DNA of 63,453 nt, filler included, from Pelomyxa schiedti (GCA_020536535.1; 4 parts of 4 records of this genome joined end to end with filler, not necessarily neighbours in it), one strand, 5' to 3'; counted from the first letter of the whole stretch, positions 1-12,940 are shown. The notes: a model not told the origin generated them from the sequence alone. Translations and numbers: made by a program.

Positions 1-738
1 GGGGGGGGGGGGATACACTACGCACACAGAGTATCCAGCACGGCGGGCTCGTCCCTCCTCCTCTTTATCCGCAGCATCATCACCCCGTCCCCCTCACCCA
101 CCCCTTTGCCGTGGTTGCCACAACAATCCCTGGCAACTACCTTCACTGGCGCACGTGTCTTTCCCTAGAGCCCGGTTGTATACAAATTTTTTTCCGTTGT
201 ATACAAATTTTTTCTAAGTCGATTTTTGTATACAAAATCGGCCGTGGGGAGTCCCAAATATATCTCCAACAATAATGTCGTCTACGTCGCCACCGAGGGA
301 GCAGGGCGCGACGGGGACAGCGGCGGCCAGCACCACCAGCACGGTGTCGGGGGGCGACGGCAGTACTGCCCCCAGCGTGAGTTGTGCATGCCCCCCACCA
401 TCGCCGGCCACTGGCGCCGCCGCGCCCCCGGCCCCCTCGCCCCCGCCTACCACCACCACAACGCCGTCGAGTGCGGCAGCCGCCACCGCACTGGGCACCA
501 CCACCACCACGACGGCAGATAGGCCGGTGCAGGGGGATGAAGAAGGGGAGGGGGAGGGGGAGGGGGGTATAGCGATAGGGAGTGATGCGGCGACGGGGAC
601 GGGGACGGGGACAAGGACCCACAGGGAAAGGGGAGGGGTGGGTGAGGGGGACGGGGTGATGATGCTGCGGATAAAGAGGAGGAGGGACGAGCCCGCCGTG
701 CTGGATACTCTGTGTGCGTAGTGTATCCCCCCCCCCCA
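1..738. repeat. Inverted duplication: 1-105 is the reverse complement of about 634-738
   Basis: GGATACACTACGCACACAGAGTATCCAGC...CACCCACCCCT at the window start matches the reverse complement of AGGGGTGGGTGAGG...GTGTATCC, which is IWR1 coding sequence. Probably a fold-back or amplification chimera at a contig end. Confidence 0.85.
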
Positions 739-2299
739 CATACTATCGAATCGAATGTGCTAAGACACACGCCATGCCATGCCCATGGCATTTGACTCAC
801 ACGTGCTGTGGTACAGTGATAGAGGCCAGTGCTGCAAAAAAGAGGAGGTCGTTGAAGTCCCTGTCGTTGGCGGATGCTCCGGAAAGTATTACTGCCCTCT
901 CTTCCATGTGTTATTATTGTTAGTAACTCCCTTGTTAATGTTAAAGCTGAACGACGGGTTTTCCGGTTTGCGGGAACCACTGAAACTGCTTCGATTGATG
1001 ATGAGTTCACTGTTAGCATCTTAATCATATGTGAACGAAAGTAATTAACCGCAATGCAGCAAAAAATACAAGACCAGAAGAATCTGTTCCAACGTATACA
1101 CAACCAACCTCCTCCAATATTATCGAGGACGCAAAAGCAATCACAGTACGAAAAAGTAAGTAGCACAGTCACTACCATAGCCTCCATAACTAGTGCAGCA
1201 AATTAAACAAGCAAGAATGGCACAGCAACTTAGACTTAGATCCATGGTTGTAGAACCTCAAAGGTGTGTCTTCTAACAAACAAGCAACTATTAATGGCCC
1301 CTAGCATTTCCGGGACCACTGTTAATGTTCTGGAGTTCGTCCATGAGCAACCGTAAGTGGACTTTCGTTTAGTTCCCTTGGCTACACTGACTTCATGATC
1401 CTAAGGCCTCCCCCAACTGACAAGCAATGCCTCCTTTGTAACGATAAACCTTTGATTAGAACAACCACTAAAACTCCTATTACATCGCAAGAACCTTCGG
1501 TCACATCATCACACACTTCCTCGGACACAAGCCAAACAGCAGCTGCGACAACACCTACTTCTGCAGCAACACCTGCAACTTCAACAGCTGCAGCTGTGTC
1601 TGGTATGTACCCCTCTCCCCCTATAACGTTGTACTAATGACATTACAGTACCTATAATTCCTCATGAAAAGGAGGACAATGAATATGTGTATGATGTTTT
1701 TTATCATGACTCCGCCGCAAATATCGACGAGCTTAAAAACGTACCGTGGTATGTCATATCCAAAACTAAAGTGCTAATTTAAATTATATGTTTAGTTTTA
1801 ATGTTTCAATTAGGATACAGATCCAAAGCTTTGCTGGTGATTTAATAGAAGACGATGATGAGGATGATGACGGTTTGGAGGATCTTGATTCCAATGGTGC
1901 GTTATCTAACTTATTATTAATAATCACGTTTACCAACTTTATTCAGATGAGGGCAACCCAAACAACAGTTATCCTGACACTGAAGAAACCGGTTCAGGTT
2001 TATTCTATTCTTACATGGAAAAGCACTAACATCTCTCAAAAGATGACAGTGACCAAGAGGAGAGCGAAGATAGCGATGAAAACACAGATGAAGACTTGTT
2101 CACAAAGCCCAAGAAGCACCACTTCTACAACAAAAAGTCAACTGATGACGAAGAAGAGGAGGACGACGAAGAAGGCGGCGTTGATGATGACAGTGAAGAC
2201 GAGGACGAGTATGCCAACTACTACTATGACAATGGAGGCCACACTGGCAACGAACTGAGGATTGACCCTGGTTCATCCTCTGAGGATGATGAGGGTTGA
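275..2299 (+). CDS. IWR1: RNA polymerase II nuclear import factor Iwr1/SLC7A6OS (multi-exon)
   Basis: N-terminal MLRIKRRRDEPAVLDTL, EYVYDVFYHD at 1681, spliced EDLDSN|DEGNPNNSYPDTEE (Iwr1 signature DSNxExxxxNxYPD), acidic tail ending TGA at 2299. Confidence 0.8.
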
Positions 2300-2591
2300 T
2301 TGATATAAGGTATGATGGAGGCATGTATTGGCCAAAAGGGGTGCTCTGTTTGCAATCCCGATTTTTTTAAAATGAATCATTTGTACTGGTTCTACTCATC
2401 CTAACAATTTGGTATTCGCACACAACAGCAAGAGCACCTTGCCAACAATTGGGTGCTCAATTGGTCCAATTCCTTAAGGACTCGGATTCATTTTCGTCTT
2501 CACCTCTTGGTCCTGTTCCTCGAAAAAGAAAACAGCCAGAAGAAACAAACAAAAAAAAAAATAACATTTGGTTAGTGTCGGTGGTGCGGTA

Positions 2592-5500
2592 ATGGCGACA
2601 AGTAGTACGACTAGTAGCGCGGGCGGTGTGGGGTTCGACGAGAACAAGGCGTCGGCGGAGATGGACCAGTATTCGCGCCAGATCGGGGCGTATGGCATCG
2701 AAACGATGAGGAACCTCACCACCCTCGACGTCCTAATTGTACGTTATCTCGTTCCTTGCTATTGTTTGTAGTATTTTTATTGTGCTTTAACATAAAGAAA
2801 ATTGTTTGTATTCATTTCGAACCATGAGAAAAGTGTTGTGTGGTTAGTGGAGTTCGTATTTGACATTGTATGAATGCAGATTGGAATGAAGGGAGTCGGT
2901 ATCGAGGCCGCTAAGAACCTCATTTTGGCTGGCCCCAAGAGCGTTACTGTGTGTGATCAGACTCCTATAGCTTGGTCCGATCTTGCTGCAAACTTCTTCT
3001 TCAAGGAGAGTGACATTGGCAAACCGTACGTTGTGCTTGTTCTTTTTTCCTGAGTATTTACTGTATGTTGCTTTTAGGAGTTCCTCCGTTTGCGTGTACC
3101 CCCTGTCTCTGCTTAACCCCCACGTCACTGTCCGAGAGCACACAACTGAAATAACAGATGATCTTCTACTCGGTTTTGGTGCTGTCTTGGTCACTGACCC
3201 CACAATCCCCCTTTCCTTACTGGAGCATTGGAATGTTGTTTGCCGTGACCGACAACCAAAATCTACGCTCTTTTTGGTTGCCCATTCCTATGGTGCTGTT
3301 GCATCAATATGGGCCGACTACGGCCCAGTGCACACTGTTACCGATGAAAATGGCGAGGCTGCAAAAAATTCTGTCATAGAAGGTAATTGCCATGAGATAT
3401 GGTCCTTCTTTTAATCTCCATTCTTTCTAGATATCTCAAAGCGTCAGGTGGGTGAAAACTGGGAACTGGTGGCGTCTGTAACTGGCATGCTTTCCTCCAG
3501 GTGTTTTTTCTTTTAACAACAATGTTCTAGAACCCCACGATTTCGAAGAGGACCAACTTATTTCCATTGATGAAGTGGAAGGAATGGAATCTCTTAATGG
3601 AAGACAAATACGTAACGTTTTAATATTTCTTATTTCCTCTTTGACCATTGATCGCAGCTCTTGGGCGAATTTATATGTCCTATGACAACGGGAAGAGGCA
3701 GAAGTTAGTTGCTTCAAAGTTCAAGCTGAAAATCCCGTCTGCTGAGGTTTTCTTTTTTTGCTTCTCCCGTTTGGATAATTAATGCCTGTAGATTGCTGCT
3801 CTTCCTGCCTACAAACGAGGAGGAATGGCAACAGAAGTAAAGGTTGCCAAGCAGGTGCAGTTCCGTTCACTCAGTGAGAGCAACCGCAACCCGAAACAAG
3901 AGGCATTCCTCATACATCCAAACTCCGAAAAGATGTACTCTGGGAGGGCTGATCAATTACACTTCGCAAAATTGGCTTTATGGCAATTCCAGGTTTGTTT
4001 TGTTTTCACCGAACTTAAAGAGTGTTGACTCTAATCAAGGCTCTCCACAACTCGTTACCTCGTCTGCATTCCGTGGATGACGCGAATGAATGCGTGGCTC
4101 TTGCTAAACAAATTTTGGAGACCCATAAAGCACTCCCTGCAAACACCGCTATTGTTGTGGATGCAATTGACGAGGATGTTGTTAGAAAAGCTTGTCTGTA
4201 CGCTAGAACAGAGCTTTCAGGTGCTGATATCTTACTGGTGGTTCGGAACCCACACTTACATTGTTCACAGGGCTTTCCACATTTGTTGGTGGTGTCATTG
4301 CACAAGAGGTAGTTAAGAAGTTCGGAAAGTATTCCCCACTTTGGCAGTGGCTCCATCTCGACTACTTCGAAATGCTGGCAGATACAGTTTGTCTTTTTTT
4401 TTTTCCCCATAAATTCCCAATTCTTGTAGGTTCCAGCAGATGCCACACCCGTAGGATGCCGTTACGACAGTCAGATAGCGATATTTGGTAACAGCTTCCA
4501 GGAAAAGCTTGGAAAGCAGAAGTGGTTCATGGTGAGTTGAAACAATTGTTTTCTTTTTTCTTCTCAACCCCTCAAGGTTGGCTGCGGTGCACTGGGATGT
4601 GAATACCTTAAAGGGTTCGCATTAATGGGTCTAGGTGTGGCTTGTCCTTAGTTATATGCGGAGCGAATTTAACTTTTTTTCAGGAGCCAACGGTGGTGTT
4701 GTCCATGTTACAGATATGGATAGAATAGAGGTATCAAATCTGAACAGGCAATTCCTCTTCCGCAAGGAAAATGTGGGCCAGGTGTGCATCAATGTAATGT
4801 AGTTCTTTTCGTTCTCACTGTGGTTGGCAACAGCAAAAATCAGTGTGTGCTGCAAATGCCGCCAAGGTGATGAACCCCAGCATGAATATCACATGCTTCG
4901 AGACAAAAGTGTGCCCTGAGACTGAGAATGTATTTCACGATGGTAGGCCTTTTTTTTCCTTTGGTTTTCCCTTCTCACTTTTCTGTGCAGGTTTCTGGGA
5001 GAATCTTGATGGAGTGTGTGCTGTAAATAACTCGCGTATAAACACTTAGTCTCTCTTCCAGGTATGCAATGCATTAGACAATGTAATGGCCCGGAAATAT
5101 GTCGATTCCCGGTGCGTTCTCTACGAGCGACCTTTGCTCGAATCCGGCACTTTGGGCACCAAGGCAAATTCCGAAATAATCATACCTCATCTGACTCTGA
5201 CATACTCGGAAGGAAAGGACCAAGATCAGGTTTCAGCCCTCCGGTAGTGTTTGGTACCATTAACTTAGTTGCAGGGGAAAGCCATTCCAATGTGCACTCT
5301 GAGAAATGTAATCCACTTTTTTTTTTTAAAGCGAGGCTCTAAGAGTTCACTCACACATTCAGTTCCCACACTTGATTGACCACTGCATCGAGTGGGCTCG
5401 TGCTCAATTCACTGAAGTTTTCGAGGAGCCCGCGAAGGATGTAACCAAACTCATGCAAGACAAAACAGCTTTCCTTAGCAGTCTGGAAAAGGAGGGAAAC

Positions 5501-7303
5501 TTCACAGTCCAGCTTGATAAACTCATTGCCGTAAAATCTATGCTCCAGAGCATGGCAAATGTATCATCCACCTTCAGGTTTTTAAGTGTTGCTTAGTAAA
5601 CACAGCCCACATTTGAGTCTTGCATGCAACTGGCTATCGACCAATTCTGCAAGCAACACGACTCACGAATCCGTGACCTCACGTATAGCTTCCCTGAAAA
5701 TGCCACAAAGAAGGTAAGAATTGGTTGGGATTAGAGACCAAAAATAACAACACCGTATTCTGTCAGGACGAAGGGACAGGGGAGGAACTTCCGTTCTGGT
5801 CAGGGACAAAGCGATTCCCCCAGCATGCTGTGTTGGACCCACAGAATGCACTATGTCTTGATTATCTCTACTGTGCCAGCAACTTGTTTGCATTCATGCA
5901 TCGTGTGCCAGTCATCAGGGACCGAGACCAATTTAGCACTGCACTTGCCGCTGCTCTTCCACGGCTAAAGGTTCATTTACTCAGAGGTTTCTTGTAAACT
6001 CACTGCGGAAACAGATCACCACCTGGGAACCACCTTCAAAGGCTGTGAAGGCTTTGGAAGAACAACCAGGGCAACCTGCAGCCCCCGCAGGTAATAAGCA
6101 ACGACAAAATAAACAAACTACAAAACCAAACTCATTCCCTTCAGCCGACACAGATGAAAAACCTCAAGTTGAGGCTCTCAAACAAGAGCTACTGGCTGCG
6201 AATTTCGCTGGACTTATCAACCCCATTGCGGCGGAGTTTGAAAAAGATGATGACACAGTATATTCCAACCCTATTTTATCTGTAGTATTTACTATTCCCA
6301 AGAATTTCCACATTGACTTCATCACCGCCTGCTCTAATATGAGAGCATGGAATTATCACATCAAACCAGCAAGCCGACACCAATGTAAGATGATAGCAGG
6401 GCGAATTGTATGCTCTCTTTGTGTTTTCAATCTTGTAACCCCGCTTAAGATTCCCGCTATTGCCACAACCACGGCAATGATTACCGGTCTTGTTTGTTTA
6501 GAGGTTTTTCTTTTGTCACATCTTTAAATTTTTCTAATTTCCAAAGCTATTCAAACTTGTTTTGAGGCTTCCAAAACCCAAGGTAAAAATCAATGCTCCC
6601 TAAGGAAAAAAAAAGTGTACCCACTCCGTGTTTTAGATGTGTTCAGCCAATGTGAACTTGGGACTCAACACATTCAACTTGTTTGAACCCGACAACCCCA
6701 TTCGTGCCAAACCCATGTTAGTTGTTCCCCCTTTTTTGCTTTGCGGAGTCACCAGCATGTTTGTGTAGGTTCGATCCTATGGAACTTTGTGATGTGAAAC
6801 CCATTCCCGACGGCTTCACGATTTGGGACAAAATAGTGATTGATAAAGGGGATATAACTGTTCAGCAGCTCATTGACGTACCTGCTCACACTCTTTAACT
6901 TAGTTACCAACACAAAACTCAGATCATCCCTGAAATTCACCACGGTTGTGTGCCAAGCTTCCTCATAAAGAGCGGCATCAGTGGTGATGAAATAAAAGCC
7001 GGCCTGGATAAGGTACCCCCTTGCAACTTTCCACTCCAGTACTGACTCAGATTTCCCAGCCACTCTATTCCAGCTTCGCGGCAACAAAATCACTCGGGGA
7101 ACTGTTCGCCCGAAACCTCAAGAGATCACTACATGAAGTATGTGTCGAGCTTTACAACATGCCTCCAGCCAAAAAGTATGTACTTCTTCCCTGTCTACAT
7201 TCCCCGCTCAACCCCAACTAGGTATGTACTCATTGAAGGCTCATTTGAGAAGGACGGTGAAGTCGTGAAAGTGCCCCCCATCAGGGTCATCTTTGCCCAC
7301 TAG
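2592..7303 (+). CDS. UBA1: Ubiquitin-activating enzyme E1 (many short introns)
   Basis: YSRQIGAYG; [18 protein letters not shown]; [12 protein letters not shown]; [17 protein letters not shown]; catalytic IPMCTLRN|[13 protein letters not shown]; FEKDDD..NFHIDFI; IPAIATTTA. Confidence 0.97.
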
Positions 7304-7386
7304 AGTGCCCCCCGCGTAACCCAGTAACAAACGAGAGAGCATTGCAACATTAAAAAAAAAAACCAAAGTGGACACAGCCATTTGTG

Positions 7387-8653
7387 TTAACCCAAGTTGG
7401 AGCATTTGCGAGGAGGACATGAGAGTGCAGTGTGATAAAGAGACGTTTGGCCACTTGCGAGGTCGATCACTGGAAGTGCACGCGGCTTCCGTGCAATCAC
7501 CAGTTCTCCTCCAAGTGGGAACCACTCACAGTGGTGAGGGAAAGGGCTTGGTTCGTGTGCTGCTGCCAAGGTGGCCCAGTGAGTTGCTGGTCTGTATTGG
7601 GGGCTGTAGAATCGGAGAACTTCCATAGTTCATTGTGGCAGAGCCCAGTGGTCGGGTTTACCCTTGGAACAATGAACCCAGAATCCAGGAACTGAACCTC
7701 GACCTGGGTCGCATCAACAGTGGTCAGTGTGGTTGGGTGTCCGGAACTATCAATTGTGATCAGTGAATTTTCTTCTTGGCCAACTACAATTTTCTGTGGC
7801 CAGTAGCTTGAAAATCGGGTCAAATTTGGGCAAAGAGAAGTATTCACACAGAGGGAGTCAGCAACCACCATTTTCCCAGAGGTAAACGACAGCTCCACAT
7901 CAATGAGCTTGAAAGAAACACTAGGCTCTTCAAGTGCAATGGCCTTAAGCAGCTTCCACGAAATGAACCCATCGAATCCCACCGTGTTCTTGCAGTCTGG
8001 TTGCACGATCACCGGTGTAGACAGAGCCATTTCATCAGTTATCTTGTAGACCAACAACACCGGACCGCGGAAAATGACAACCCAGTGCCCATTCGCAGCC
8101 GCGACGCTCATGTTTGTCCCGTATCTAACCCTATGCATCATGCACTCGAACCTCGCAGTCTGGCTCTCGACCGTATCGCCAGCCAGCTCCGTCCTCGCCC
8201 CAGTGCCCATGTCCACATAATGCCACCCCCGCAGCCCCGGCGCCCTCGCCACGCAGTGGCTCCCGCCCACCAGCGCCACCACCTCGTCCCCGCGCAGGCC
8301 CCCTACGATGTACGGCGGCACAGAGACCCCAAGGGTGCTCCTGGACACGCCGAACAGCACCGGCACCGTGCCTGGCAGCACTAGGCCGTTCTCCGCCATC
8401 ACCGTGACGCGCACAAGGTGCGTCGTGGAGTCGCGGACGCGGGGCTGCGCGCGCCGCTGCGAGGGTGGCACGAAGTGGCGAGGGCCAGCACTTGCTCGCG
8501 AAGGGTGAGCCGCGGCGCGGTGGACGGGAACAGGGGGAGGCCGGGGGGAACCGGCTGGCTGGGGGGCAACATATCTGGGATACAACAGGTATTAATCGTC
8601 TGTGTTGCTGTCCTCGGCCGCTTGGGCTCCGGCTGTCTTGGGCCGCACCTCAT
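7387..8653 (-). pseudogene. Frameshifted paralog of the intronless HPRCG family
   Basis: Similarity to 8757-10136 runs across three frames: LTLREQVLALATSCHPRSGARSPAS, then RDSTTHLV...WKFSDS, then PATHWATL...VIDLASG. Frame changes near 8435 (46-nt deletion) and near 7600. Confidence 0.75.
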
Positions 8654-8756
8654 CAGGTTGATGCCTCGAAACAAGAAACACTTTTTCAGCTTCATCGACA
8701 CCGTCCCGTCGCCGTGAAGGGAGTATCCGGATTTAGAAAAAAAAGTTCCTCTATTC

Positions 8757-10136
8757 TTATTCGATTTTCCACAAGGTTGGTTTTCCCATTGCACACTGAC
8801 AATCAGTGGAGGGGGACCATGACCAGCCAGGGGTTGCACATTGGTGCAATGTCATGAGGGTCGTGCCACTTCTGAGGTCTATAACAACAAGTGAGTCCAG
8901 CTTTTTGGCAAGTACAAAGTCGCCACCAATTGAGTACCACCGACTGATGGCATCATCCCTGAACTCAGGGACATGTTCTCGGTGTTCTTTTGAGTGGTGC
9001 ACACCTTTCAGAGTAGCAATGTGTGTTGGATTCCCATTGGAAGAGTCAGAGATGTTCCAGAGACCATAGCTACTGGTACCGTGCTGCAGGATGAAGCCAG
9101 AGTCGAGGAATGTCACGTCACCTCTAGTTTCTGTAAGACTGCGGCCGGTTCCATACCTGTCAATTGCAACCAGCCGACTGGGCTGCTCCAATCCAATTAG
9201 AACTTTCTGTGGCCAGAAGCATGCCGCAACCTCTAATTGCGAAGGATACGCCAAGTCCAGAGAAAAGGAATCCACAACCACCAGTCGCCCAGAGTTGAAC
9301 GATAGCTCCACGTCGATGAGCATGTAGCAAACAACCATATCTGCACTCGACATGGCTGACAGCAGGTTCCGCGATACGAACCTCTCCAGGACGATGTCGT
9401 CCTCTCTGTCTCTCCTCAACAGCGCCGGCGGCCCATCTTCGGCAATCATGCCGTTGACTACTTTGTACGCACAAAGAGGTTCCCCAGTAACCAGCCAGTG
9501 CTCATTAGCCGCTGCAACAGAGGCCCTTATCCCATAACCCCTGATCAGCTGGCACAGATACTCGTCAGTGGTCCCCTTGGGCATCCCCTCCCCAGGCCCA
9601 ACAGCCGGCTTGGGCAGCTCCCTCGCCTCCCCGCTGCCGGCGCCGACGCAGCACAGCCGATATACCGCCGCCGCGCCCTCTGCCCTCGTCACGCAGTGGC
9701 TCCCGTCGACCCACGCGACCACCTCGCTCCCAAGCAGCGAGCCCACGGCGTGGGGCGCGACCGTGACCCCCAGGGTGCTCCTGGACACGCCGAACAGCAC
9801 CGGCGCGCTGCGCTTGGGCCCCCCGATGGCCCCGACGGCCGCGCCGCCCCGGCCGCCGTCTTCCTCCGCAACCGGGACGACGTGGAGGGTGGAGTCGCGG
9901 AACCAGGAGTGGGCCATTGCCCGGATGACCTCGCGGTTCAGGACAGACGCGGGGCTGCGTGCGCCGCAGCGCGGGTGGCTCGACGCCAGGAGGGCGAGGA
10001 CCTGCTGGCGCAGGGTGAGGTGCATCGTGACATGGAATAAGAAGGGGACTGGGGAGTCTGGTGGAGATATGGAAACCACCACCACATCGTCGTTTGTGTG
10101 GGGGTGCGGGTTTGTTGCTGATTGCGTACTCTGCAT
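8757..10136 (-). CDS. Intronless lineage-specific HPRCG-motif family protein (459 aa)
   Basis: Long intact ORF with LTLRQQVLALLASSHPRCGARSPA, then FGVSRSTLGV, and C-terminal VVIDLRSGTTLMTL; tandem paralog adjacent. Confidence 0.85.
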   Translation of the reverse strand: MQSTQSATNPHPHTNDDVVVVSISPPDSPVPFLFHVTMHLTLRQQVLALLASSHPRCGARSPASVLNREVIRAMAHSWFRDSTLHVVPVAEEDGGRGGAAVGAIGGPKRSAPVLFGVSRSTLGVTVAPHAVGSLLGSEVVAWVDGSHCVTRAEGAAAVYRLCCVGAGSGEARELPKPAVGPGEGMPKGTTDEYLCQLIRGYGIRASVAAANEHWLVTGEPLCAYKVVNGMIAEDGPPALLRRDREDDIVLERFVSRNLLSAMSSADMVVCYMLIDVELSFNSGRLVVVDSFSLDLAYPSQLEVAACFWPQKVLIGLEQPSRLVAIDRYGTGRSLTETRGDVTFLDSGFILQHGTSSYGLWNISDSSNGNPTHIATLKGVHHSKEHREHVPEFRDDAISRWYSIGGDFVLAKKLDSLVVIDLRSGTTLMTLHQCATPGWSWSPSTDCQCAMGKPTLWKIE

Positions 10137-10270
10137 AGCCGCTGGGAACTTTATGATGTTCTGAACATTTGAAAAAAAGGAAAATATTTCCCGGAATCAT
10201 CGCTCGAAGTACTAGTGACTTTGAAGAAATAATAGTAATAAACTGCTTAAAATACAAATTGAAGAATGAG

Positions 10271-11303
10271 CTAGTGAATGTTGAGACTCTGCTGTAGCAC
10301 CTCAGCCAGTTCCTCCACCCTTGGATCAGCCTGAAGGTCATGATAAGGGCCCCTGGCTGGGTCCACCAGCCTGACCATGTGCACTCCAAAGTTGCCCCCA
10401 GATTGTGAATCATAGAGGGGTGTGTCAGTAACATGCACAGTCTCTGGCCCGCGTGGTGTTTGGAATAGTGTGTTGTATGTGTGAATTGATCCAGTGGGCA
10501 CTACGGTGACAAACATGGCCCATTCTGCATAGGTCCGCTCTCGTTCACATGGGGGCATGAATGTCTCGATGAATGTGGATGTTGCGAAAACGGGAACCCC
10601 GTGTATAGTTGATTCTCTTATTGCCGGCAAACTATTATAATGTTTAGATCGAGGGAAAAAAAAAAACCAATATTAAGTACAAAGCACTGTGGGAGAAAAA
10701 TATTTAAAACAAAGGAATTAATTCATACCGTTCCGGTATATTTAACATTCTTCTTCCCACTCTATTGATGTACACCGGCACACACTCAGAATCCAGGATA
10801 AGGAACACCGAGTCATCTATGCTCTCACCAATTCCCCATACTGTCTCCCTGAAGAAAGTCCCCGGCTGGGGTACAGGTCTATGCACCTGCGTATACACAA
10901 ATGAAAGAGTAACAGTACTCTCCGCAGGCACCACATCCCCCTCGCCTCTCTCGCCTTCATCAATGTCAGTATCGTTGCTTATGTTTCTGTTGTTGCCTCC
11001 ATTGGTTGTAGTACTGGTTATGTTGTTTCCGCGGTTAATATTTGGTATAATCCCATTCATAAATGTTACTACGGCTAATGGCTGATGCTGCGGTGGCTGC
11101 ATTTGTGGTTGCTGAAATCCAAGAAGTGACGGCGGCAAAGGGGAAGGAATAAAAGCCGTAGGTGACACCACATTTTGGTAATACTGGGCTCCCGCGCCAC
11201 TCATCGCACTGCTTGTTACTCTTGTTGTCTTGAAAACACAATCACCACTCCCAACGTTGGAATTGCTGATGATGTTACTATTCCGGTTTTGTCTCTCTCC
11301 CAT
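10271..11303 (-). CDS. Putative stand-alone PAS-domain protein with N/Q-rich N-terminus (2 exons)
   Basis: DSVFLILDSECVPVYINRVGRRMLNIP fits the PAS N-terminal pattern; exon 2 (10271-~10640) supplies a helix and beta strands. Confidence 0.55.
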
Positions 11304-11682
11304 ACACCGACCTTAATCAACAGCGTCGTAGGCTACAACAACAACAAACTCTCACAACTGCGCTGTAGTGAGTGTTGATGTTATTCGGTCCGAAAAGCAG
11401 TTGAGAAACCCAGCAGGTAGTTGCCTGTGCGTGTTGGTTGTAGTTTTGTTGTTGAAACCGAAAACTTTTGATTAGGGTGTAATCAACGCTACGGTGGGTG
11501 TTTCGTGAGAGCATTTCTACTTCTATACGAGGCAGCGGCACTTGCCGCCTTACGGTAACTGGAATAGAGCGAAACGACGTTTCCGTGCCGTCCAGTACCT
11601 GCACGGAAACGCAAAGTGTATTCTTGGTACTTGTTGTACAGGTAGTGTGGAAACAGTCATGCTGACCGTTTGGTGAGAACAA

Positions 11683-11982
11683 ATGATTACAGCGGAACAT
11701 CCCGACAATGAGATGGAGAACGTGTTCCCTGAGTTGGTGACAACACAGGTTGTTGTTTGTATTTTTGTAACCAAAGCGTTGAGTGAAATACAGGAGAAGG
11801 GGATGTCACCTCAGGAGAGGGGGAAGAAAGGCGGCACCGCGGTACGGGAGAAGTATGGCAAGGATTTCTACCAAAACATTGGGGCACACACCCAATGCAA
11901 GGTGAATTGCCGGAGTTGCCGCCTCCCAATGAGTCAATCTCGGCTCGATGGGAGTGATGCTGCTAGAGTTATGCGTATGTAG
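11683..11982 (+). CDS. Small KGG-motif (GsiB/YciG/Con-10-like) stress protein; 5' end uncertain
   Basis: GMSPQERGKKGGTAVREKYGKDFYQNIG matches the KGG stress-induced repeat; probable intron ~11749-11793. Confidence 0.6.
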   Translation: MITAEHPDNEMENVFPELVTTQVVVCIFVTKALSEIQEKGMSPQERGKKGGTAVREKYGKDFYQNIGAHTQCKVNCRSCRLPMSQSRLDGSDAARVMRM

Positions 11983-12064
11983 TGAGATGATGACCATTGT
12001 AATGGTCCTGATTAACTCCGCAAAATAAAAAAAACTAAAATGAAAAGAGGATTGTGTTTGGAAC

Positions 12065-12741
12065 CTAGGGTAGTGTCAATCGATAACAATTCGTTGTTCT
12101 AAGTTTGAATCCCATCTGGAGGTACAAAGCATTGGCCGCAATGCGGGTAGGAGATGATGTCAAGTCTATATCCGAAATTCCTTTGGAGAATCAGTGCGGG
12201 CAGCAATATTATCAAACCTTGCTCTCTGGCCTCATTAATCAACGCCTCCACAAGCTGCTTGCCAATCCCCATTCCCCTGTATCTCTCATCTACAACTACG
12301 TCCTCCCTCAATCAGCGAAATTACAACAGGAAATTTGTATTTGAATTCGAATTTGAATGGGGTTCTAACCTCAATGTGTCCCCTGCGGCTTATTATGCAC
12401 TCCAGCACCGCGAGCGTCGCCATCCCAACCAGTTCATCTGTCTCCGCATCGCGGGCCACATATAGAAGCGATGTGCTGTTCTCTGTATCCAGGAGGGCCC
12501 CGAATCGCTCCATCGCAACTTGCCACTTTGCATGTCGCTCGATGGTCTGGATCTGCTGCGACGACGTGTCACCCCCGCTATTGATGTTGTTGTTTGTGAG
12601 CTGGTCCAGGAGGGTAAAAAAAGAAGCAAAGTCCGACTGGTGCAGGGCCCGTTCCCTGCGCACCGTGACACGCCGGAGTAGGTGTCCAGATCTTGTGCAT
12701 GATGATGAGGAATGTTGGTGGTCTTGGGACTGACAGCTCAT
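12065..12741 (-). CDS. GNAT N-acetyltransferase, bacterial-like (3 exons)
   Basis: LVGMATL...RGHIE|DVVVDERYRGMGIGKQLV (motif A) ...EQ|GISDIDLTSSPTRIAANALYLQMGFKLRTTNCYRLTLP*. Confidence 0.9.
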
Positions 12742-12940
12742 CACTAGTGCACAACACAAGGAAGTCGGTGTTTGCCGAAAGTCCAATCAGGCAACTGCTG
12801 TGCGAGTCTGCTAAAAATAAAAGAAGCGAAACGCCGCCGTTTTGATCTCAAAACCGCACATTTTTTTTGCTTATTCTTCATAATTATTATTTCCCTCAGC
12901 ACAACAGCCGTAAAAGCGACAAACTACGAGCCTGTAAAAG

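Noticed and set aside
1-105. Terminal inverted repeat of a transposon or hairpin end
   Set aside because: It copies IWR1 coding sequence and sits at the window edge; probably a fold-back chimera.
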